A stretch of DNA of 64,000 nt from Candidatus Nanoarchaeia archaeon (lineage in GTDB: Archaea; Nanobdellota; Nanobdellia; SCGC-AAA011-G17; JAUYJU01), in contig JAUYJU010000027.1 of assembly GCA_030700155.1 (NCBI GenBank), forward strand, positions 5,954 through 69,953, read 5' to 3'. How positions within the stretch are numbered: position 1 is the stretch's first letter; each line of letters opens with the position of its first letter. Of this stretch, positions 57,688-64,000 are shown in pieces. Under the pieces are notes generated by a model. That model searched no databases, was not told where the DNA came from, and saw only the letters and a program-made list of their open reading frames with translations. The position numbers were made by a program, and so were the translations under genes.

Positions 57688-58275
57688 TTATTCTGGCCTT
57701 ACAGAATCAAAAATATACACTCTATCAAGATTGTCCATTTTTGTATCAGATATAGCCATTAAATCTTCCCTATCTCTATTAGTATACACTAATTTAATAT
57801 CCTCACTAAAACTTTCTAATAACTTAAGATCAATGCAATAAGTTTCTTCCCATTCTTTAGAATTTATTTGTTCAGCAGTGCATAATTCAACAGCGTATAA
57901 GTCACTTTTAGTTTTATAGATATAAAGATTCCAATCAAGTAAATCTTGATTCTGGTCTAATAATTCCTGTCCTTTAAAGTTATAAGAAACATGTGCAACA
58001 TTGTTCAAAAATATTCTTTCAACTTTTTCTAAAACAATTCTAGCTCCATCTTGAGTTACATCATAAACTGGACCTTTATCTTCTTCAACGACATTCTCAA
58101 CTTCATCAATAATATCATCAATATCATCTAAATTATCAAGATCATCAATTGGTTCGATAACACTTTCATCCCCACTGTCGTTAGAACCAACAGCATAATT
58201 ATAGGTAGTTTGTGAAATAGAACATCCTGTTAAAAATACAATTAATAATAGTAGTAAATATAGTGTTTTCATCAT
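57688..58275 (-). CDS. Putative lipoprotein
   Basis: LTGC lipobox-like motif; acidic linker. Confidence 0.65.
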   Translation of the reverse strand: MMKTLYLLLLLIVFLTGCSISQTTYNYAVGSNDSGDESVIEPIDDLDNLDDIDDIIDEVENVVEEDKGPVYDVTQDGARIVLEKVERIFLNNVAHVSYNFKGQELLDQNQDLLDWNLYIYKTKSDLYAVELCTAEQINSKEWEETYCIDLKLLESFSEDIKLVYTNRDREDLMAISDTKMDNLDRVYIFDSVRPE

Positions 58276-58306
58276 CTACATAGAAGAATATAGTTTAAAA
58301 ATCTTT

Positions 58307-58894
58307 CTAATAATCAGGATTGAAATGTTTAGTAACTAGCTTTCCATATCTACAATCTATACCTCTTTCTGTAACCTTTTCTGTAACGAACATAGGATCG
58401 CTCCATTCCATATACCTATCTCCATCGTAATTTCCACAAAGTTGATATCTCCTGTCACCAACACATTTTAATGCTCCTCTAGAACAATCATCAGTTCTCT
58501 GTCTTACAGAATCATCTTCATTTTGTCCACTTATCGTTGGGTTAAGTTCCCATTCATATAAAATCCTGTTATCAATATGTTCATATCTACCATTCCCGTC
58601 AATATCTAATTCAGGAATACAATGAGGACTCCATAAAGCATCAAGGCACCTTCTCAAAACATTATTATGATCTCTAACATCATCTTTATTTACAACCCCA
58701 TCTTTATTAAAATCAAATCTCTCAACAGGAATAGTTCCTGGAGCATCTGCAGTAGATCTATAACCAACTACTCTATAATGCAAGCTTCCAGTATCATAAA
58801 TACTTTCTCCAGTTAAACCTTCAACAACAACTGAAGAAATAAAACCTGCTAATAAAATCAAAAATGTAGCTAAAAATAAAGGTAAATTCCTCAT
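58307..58894 (-). CDS. Secreted protein with dockerin/EF-hand-like Ca loops
   Basis: DFNKDGVVNKDD and DIDGNG; Cys-rich tail. Confidence 0.7.
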   Translation of the reverse strand: MRNLPLFLATFLILLAGFISSVVVEGLTGESIYDTGSLHYRVVGYRSTADAPGTIPVERFDFNKDGVVNKDDVRDHNNVLRRCLDALWSPHCIPELDIDGNGRYEHIDNRILYEWELNPTISGQNEDDSVRQRTDDCSRGALKCVGDRRYQLCGNYDGDRYMEWSDPMFVTEKVTERGIDCRYGKLVTKHFNPDY

Positions 58895-59398
58895 CTAATG
58901 TAACCTCGCTGCAGCCCTATACTCACATTGACCATTTCTGCACCTGCTTCCTTTATCACAAGGTTCAGTTACAAATTCAGGAACGCCGTAATTATTAATT
59001 GTACAAATCATTACTGTTCCAGTGCCACTGTAAGTATTTCTTCCACAGTAAGTTTCATCAGGGGTACAAACTCCACTTCTAGGCAATATATAACCACTAC
59101 CTTGACCAGAAGCTATAAAGTCTTCAAGCAAAGCGTAATCAATCATATCCAAATCTCCATCATTATCCAAATCTCCTTGTTTATCATAATTTCTTAGAGA
59201 AATTAAATTTTTCAACTTTTTCAAATCAAATTGATCTATATGTCCACTAGGGTCATGATCAACATTACCTTTAGCATATCTGGTATCACTAATTGAAGGC
59301 GCACCAGAATTATAGAACTGTCCTGTTAAACCACCATTCAATACAAAACCTAATGCTAAGATAACAATAACAAGAGTTAAAAGATTTTTTTGTAACAT
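58895..59398 (-). CDS. Secreted protein with dockerin-like domain
   Basis: GNVD..GHIDQFDL and GDLDNDGDLDMIDY; Cys-rich tail. Confidence 0.72.
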   Translation of the reverse strand: MLQKNLLTLVIVILALGFVLNGGLTGQFYNSGAPSISDTRYAKGNVDHDPSGHIDQFDLKKLKNLISLRNYDKQGDLDNDGDLDMIDYALLEDFIASGQGSGYILPRSGVCTPDETYCGRNTYSGTGTVMICTINNYGVPEFVTEPCDKGSRCRNGQCEYRAAARLH

Positions 59399-59453
59399 TT
59401 AATCACCCTCTTTCTTCTATTTATAAATTGATAATAATAGTATTTAAATTTAT

Positions 59454-59858
59454 CTATTCAACTACAATGACTTTTCCCCTTAACCTTCCATGCCATAAGG
59501 GGATAATATTATGCTCTCCAACAATATCAAAAGTATGTGTAAATTGCTGTCCAGCTAAAATTTTACCGCTAGGAATTTTATTTATTTCCTTGCTTCTTTC
59601 ATTTTCTACAGTAGTATAAATATTAAAAAAATAAGGATCTTCATCTTCATTCTTCCAGGTTACAGTGCCACCTTTTTTAATAGTTACTTCATTTTTATCG
59701 AAAATACCGCCTTTCATGATTATTGTTTCATAAGCAGGTATAGTCTCTTCAACTTCTTCTGTAGTTTCAACAGCCTTTTTAGGGGCAAAAATATTATTTA
59801 CAGTTTGACAACCTACTAGAAATACAACTAAAACCATCAAAACTGTAAGTTTTCTCAT
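59454..59858 (-). CDS. Cupredoxin-fold lipoprotein
   Basis: LVGC; IKKGGTVTWKNED, FTHTF, GKVIVVE; canonical Cys ligand absent. Confidence 0.75.
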   Translation of the reverse strand: MRKLTVLMVLVVFLVGCQTVNNIFAPKKAVETTEEVEETIPAYETIIMKGGIFDKNEVTIKKGGTVTWKNEDEDPYFFNIYTTVENERSKEINKIPSGKILAGQQFTHTFDIVGEHNIIPLWHGRLRGKVIVVE

Positions 59859-59889
59859 ATTATTCTAAGAGTTAGTGTTACTTATAAAT

Positions 59890-60840
59890 TTATCGTGAAA
59901 ACCAGTCAGATATTAGTAACCTATACCTGGTTTCTTCCCTATACTTAGTTACTTCTCTTTGTTTTTGGACAAGCCCATCTTGTTTAACTTGAACACATTT
60001 TGTTTTTCCGACTTCACAAGTCAGATCAACAAAATAATCTACAGCAGGTCTAGTATTTCCATCAAAATATTCCCACTCAAATTTAATCATATTCGTTCCT
60101 ATTCCATCAATCTTTGATCTTACAAAATTTCTTTTATTTTCATAACCTCTATTATCACATAAATAATTATAAATTGCAAATCCTGAAAAAGTTTCTGGAA
60201 CAGGATTATAAGATTCTCCAATTCCTCTCCAATCAAAAGCATTGGCATCACTAGTAACAGTCTGTGTAAATTGATCAGCATATCCTTCAAAACTTCCACT
60301 AGCTCCATGACAATACTGTCCACTACTTACCCAATTATCAGTTTTCCATGTTCCGGTTATCTTACAATTATTAACTTTAGTGGGGAAAACTTTCTCAACA
60401 GAACTTCCAAAACCTTGATATTTCAAATAATTAGCTTGTGCTCTAAAGGTTATCCTTTCATTAACTAAAGATTCTGAATCACATACTTCATCCATAATTG
60501 GAACTATCACATCATAAGTTTCTATAGAAGTATAAGGAACGCTAACTGTATATGGAACTTTAGTTGTAAATCCATAAATTGTAAAAGCCCCTAGTAAAAC
60601 TACAGCAGTTAAAATTGCAATAGTTATCACAAGACCAACAGGACCTAATTGAGCTAATTTATGAAATTCTTTTCCACAAAATCTGCAAAATTTGGCAAGG
60701 GGATCTATTATTGCCTTACATTCAGGACAATTTTTTTCTAATCTTTTTTCAAGAGCTGCAAGTTCAGTTCCACAATGTTTACAGAAGTTAGATAAAGATT
60801 CAACTGTCTTATCACAGGTTGGACAACTCTTTTTGGCCAT
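59890..60840 (-). CDS. Double zinc-ribbon membrane protein
   Basis: Four CxxC motifs followed by a TM helix. Confidence 0.75.
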   Translation of the reverse strand: MAKKSCPTCDKTVESLSNFCKHCGTELAALEKRLEKNCPECKAIIDPLAKFCRFCGKEFHKLAQLGPVGLVITIAILTAVVLLGAFTIYGFTTKVPYTVSVPYTSIETYDVIVPIMDEVCDSESLVNERITFRAQANYLKYQGFGSSVEKVFPTKVNNCKITGTWKTDNWVSSGQYCHGASGSFEGYADQFTQTVTSDANAFDWRGIGESYNPVPETFSGFAIYNYLCDNRGYENKRNFVRSKIDGIGTNMIKFEWEYFDGNTRPAVDYFVDLTCEVGKTKCVQVKQDGLVQKQREVTKYREETRYRLLISDWFSR

Positions 60841-60956
60841 ATATGGTATAAAATATCTAATGTTTATAAACCTATTGGCAATGAAATTAAAATCTGAAAC
60901 TCTAGAAATATTCCGGAAATCTTTCGAAATTTCCTTCTAATGTATATTTTCTAACT

Positions 60957-60978
60957 GTTGCCACCTTGCCAACCGCAC
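60957..60978 (+). repeat. 22-bp dispersed repeat, copy 2
   Basis: Identical to 7937-7958. Confidence 0.9.
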
Positions 60979-61015
60979 ACAAAAACGATATATAAATAAA
61001 AGATGTCTCTACTTA

Positions 61016-62299
61016 GTGAAAGAGCTAATCAGAGTTAAAATAAATGAGGGGCAACAGAGGAAAATTTTTCAAATATTCCTCAAAAAATTTAATAAAAACT
61101 TTTCAAAGGCTAGCAATTACTTAAACACAACTTCCTCTAAATTAAGTAAATATAAAATGGCAGTAATTAAATATTTACCAGAAGAAATAATAGACAAAAC
61201 TACAAACTATTTAAAAATAGATAAACCAAAGATTATTGAAAGAAAAAGTTTAACAAATTTGAGACGAGAATATTTGAATAAAGCGCATAAAGTACTAGAA
61301 AATAAATATGGGAAAAACTGGGCTCGTGAACTTACCATAAGAAGAGATTATAAAGGAATACGACTGGATGATTTTCCAGACTATCTTTTTGTTTATCTGC
61401 AAGAAGATTATAGAAAAAGGTTATTTAAAGTGGCGTATAACGTAGCTGGTAACTTAAACAAATTAGCAACAACCCTGCGGGTGAGCCCATCAAGATTATC
61501 ATGCTGGTACGAAGGAAAACAAAAAGACTATACAAAAAAAGTAATTGCGACGCAATTTACACCTCTATCAAAATTGAAATTAATTTCAGAATTGCTCGTA
61601 AAGGATAACAATCACGAATTCTCAATGTTAAATATAGAAAATAATGTTATAGCCTATAGAATGCGAGCAGGAAACACAATAAAAAATCCAAAATTTCCAA
61701 TCCAAGAATCACCTGAAATGATAAGAATCCTATTTCATCTTCTAGGGGATGGTTATAGTGGTAATAAAAAGAATAATGCAAACTATAAGAATACCTGTCC
61801 ATTGCTCTTAGAGGGGTTCAAAAAAGATCTTAAAATATTTGGAGAAGTTCCAATTTATGAACAACAAGATTCTATAAAGTTTCCAAGATTATTCGCTGAA
61901 TTAATAGAAAATTTTTACAATGTAAACACAATGACTTTTGAGAGCAAAATCTCAAATGAGATACTAAAATTACCAAAAAAACTGTTGTATCAAGGTATAA
62001 AAGCATTCGCAGACGATGAAGGTACAATATATCAGAGCTCAATTAGACTATGCTCGGCAAATTATAACCTACTGAACGGAATCTCTAAAATAATCGATCT
62101 CATAAAACTAAAAAGAGGAGAGATTAAAAAACAACATAATGAGAGGGCTACATATGGAGTTACGTATTATCTCGACATAAAAGACATAGAAGCCTATCAT
62201 AAACACGTAGGATTTTCTCACCCGGTAAAAAAGAAAAAACTAGAGTTATTTGTCAAAAAGAAAAAATCGAAACTAAGAAGGAAAGAATTAAAGTCCTAA
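61016..62299 (+). CDS. Free-standing LAGLIDADG homing endonuclease-like protein with HTH-like N-terminus
   Basis: LFHLLGDG and IKAFADDEG; VGFSHP.KK intein-endonuclease-like tail. Confidence 0.82.
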   Translation: MKELIRVKINEGQQRKIFQIFLKKFNKNFSKASNYLNTTSSKLSKYKMAVIKYLPEEIIDKTTNYLKIDKPKIIERKSLTNLRREYLNKAHKVLENKYGKNWARELTIRRDYKGIRLDDFPDYLFVYLQEDYRKRLFKVAYNVAGNLNKLATTLRVSPSRLSCWYEGKQKDYTKKVIATQFTPLSKLKLISELLVKDNNHEFSMLNIENNVIAYRMRAGNTIKNPKFPIQESPEMIRILFHLLGDGYSGNKKNNANYKNTCPLLLEGFKKDLKIFGEVPIYEQQDSIKFPRLFAELIENFYNVNTMTFESKISNEILKLPKKLLYQGIKAFADDEGTIYQSSIRLCSANYNLLNGISKIIDLIKLKRGEIKKQHNERATYGVTYYLDIKDIEAYHKHVGFSHPVKKKKLELFVKKKKSKLRRKELKS

Positions 62300-63355
62300 A
62301 CTTTTAATAAGGTCTTCTTTGCTGAACTTTTTGAGGTCATTCAAAGATTGCCCAACCCCCAAATATAATATTGGTTTATTTGTTATGTAAGAAACAGATA
62401 TTGCAGCTCCGCCTTTTTCATCAACATCGGCCTTACTTAAGATTATTCCATCAATACCAATAGTTTCGTCAAATAGCTTAGCCTGCTCTACACAATCATT
62501 TCCAGTAATAGATTCTCCAATGAAAATTTTCAAATCTGGTTTTGAAACTCTAACAATTTTTTTCATTTCATCCATCAAATTTTTATTGCTATGCATTCTT
62601 CCAGCTGTATCAATAAGAACAACATCGATATCCTTAGCTTCAGCATGTTTAATGGCATCAAAAGCAACAGCAGCTGGATCACTTCCATAATCTTGTTTGA
62701 TAACTTTAACTCCTAACCTTTCAGCATGTACTTCTAATTGATGTATGGCTGCAGCCCTAAAAGTATCAGAAGCTGCAAGGACTACTCTCAAACCTTGTTC
62801 TTGCAACATGCGAACAAATTTGGCTATCGTAGTAGTTTTACCTGCTCCATTAATTCCAAAAAAACAGATTACATAAGGTTTTTTGTTTTTTATCCTATCT
62901 AAAACATCAAAAGGTTGAACAAATGAATTTTCAAGCGTGATTCTTAAAGTATCTTGCACAACTTTCATTGTCTCTCCCCTTTTAATTGGATTATTAACTA
63001 AACTTTTTTTAAGGTTTTCTTTTATTTTTTCAATAATTTCAACAGCTACATTATTTTCAAGCAAGGCTAATTCTAACTCCCAGAATAAATCATCAAATTT
63101 ATCTTCAGAAATCTTCGTTGTAGTTATTTTCTCTTTTAATTTTCCGAAAAACCCTTTCTTTTCTTCCTTCGGTTCTTCTTTGACTTCTAATTTCGGTTTT
63201 TCCTTTTTTTCTTTCTTGATTTCAGGTTTATTTTCCTCTTTTTTAGGTTTTTCTTCTACTTGAACCTTCTCAATTACTGGCTCTGCTTCTGCCTCTACTT
63301 TTTTTGAGAATTTATCCAGAGCGCCTTTTAATTTTTCTTTTAAAAATTTAAACAT
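62288..63355 (-). CDS. ftsY: SRP receptor FtsY
   Basis: GINGAGKTTTIAK, DTFRAAA, DTAGR, KGG. Confidence 0.97.
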   Translation of the reverse strand: MFKFLKEKLKGALDKFSKKVEAEAEPVIEKVQVEEKPKKEENKPEIKKEKKEKPKLEVKEEPKEEKKGFFGKLKEKITTTKISEDKFDDLFWELELALLENNVAVEIIEKIKENLKKSLVNNPIKRGETMKVVQDTLRITLENSFVQPFDVLDRIKNKKPYVICFFGINGAGKTTTIAKFVRMLQEQGLRVVLAASDTFRAAAIHQLEVHAERLGVKVIKQDYGSDPAAVAFDAIKHAEAKDIDVVLIDTAGRMHSNKNLMDEMKKIVRVSKPDLKIFIGESITGNDCVEQAKLFDETIGIDGIILSKADVDEKGGAAISVSYITNKPILYLGVGQSLNDLKKFSKEDLIKSLGL

Positions 63356-63387
63356 AAACTACTAATCTAGAACTGCATTTATAAAAG

Positions 63388-63876
63388 TTACCTTTTAATC
63401 CTTTTATATCTCTTCTTAGCGATTTCATGCTCCCCATGAAAGAGTAATTTTCTTATGTTATCAAACTCTGAATGTATTTCAGATTCAATATCCTTCTCTA
63501 TTCTAGCAACATAATTAGTTGCATTTACAATTGGCTTTCTAACTTCTTTAAATACGGGCTTAAATGGAACTGGAATCTGTAAATTGGGTTTTGGTACAAC
63601 TTCAATTCCAGAAGGTCTTGGAATTTTTGAATAGCCACCTGGTAATTTCAAGGTCTTGTATATCAAATAAATCATAAAGATTATCAATAAAAAGAAAACA
63701 AATTGTAAAGAACCAACAGCAAATGAAGAAGGCACCTCTGCTACAACCTTTCCGGATATTATTTGACTTGGCTTTTCAGAGATTACTGTAGTAAGAATCT
63801 GAGATAAAAATAAAAGTAGCATAATTAATGCTAATGCTCCTGCGATTAGAAAAGTATCTTTTAGTAATTTTATCAT
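63388..63876 (-). CDS. Membrane hypothetical protein
   Basis: Two TM helices. Confidence 0.6.
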   Translation of the reverse strand: MIKLLKDTFLIAGALALIMLLLFLSQILTTVISEKPSQIISGKVVAEVPSSFAVGSLQFVFFLLIIFMIYLIYKTLKLPGGYSKIPRPSGIEVVPKPNLQIPVPFKPVFKEVRKPIVNATNYVARIEKDIESEIHSEFDNIRKLLFHGEHEIAKKRYKRIKR

Positions 63877-64000
63877 TCTCTTTTCCCTTATATAGCTATA
63901 CTAAATTAATTTATAATGTTTTTGTTAAAAGAGTTTTGACAACCATTGTTGCATATTCCCCTTTATTTAGACTAAAACTTAATCGTAATTTATTTTTTCC

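Noticed and set aside
1-64000. CRISPR array, rRNA, SRP RNA or RNase P RNA
   Set aside because: I saw no regularly spaced repeats and no long GC-rich non-coding tract.

Overview
AT-rich archaeal chromosome segment. The gene content and style suggest a DPANN archaeon of the Woesearchaeota/Pacearchaeota type (inference). Most of the window is housekeeping: r-proteins, FtsZ-SecE-Spt5-L11, Cdc6, TFB, GlyRS, EndA, RNase Z, SRP54, FtsY, Bud32 and six tRNAs. Three things stand out. (1) A ~9.6-kb element is integrated in tRNA-Leu(TAG) (attL 34736-34750, attR 44351-44365). It carries a tyrosine integrase, a toxin-antitoxin pair and an Avd-less diversity-generating retroelement (DGR). The two DGR target genes are interleaved with a MoxR AAA+ ATPase and a zincin-vWA protein in one operon, and they share an identical 24-aa N-terminal peptide. 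(2) The alba gene is split by a 33-nt intron with a textbook bulge-helix-bulge motif. The intron's in-frame stop also terminates an upstream LAGLIDADG homing endonuclease that runs in frame into alba. (3) Smaller features: a non-canonical D-loop intron in tRNA-Gln, a 41-aa protamine-like gene missed by the ORF track, a 22-bp dispersed motif and candidate r-protein leader RNAs. All calls come from reading the sequence by eye; no searches were run.
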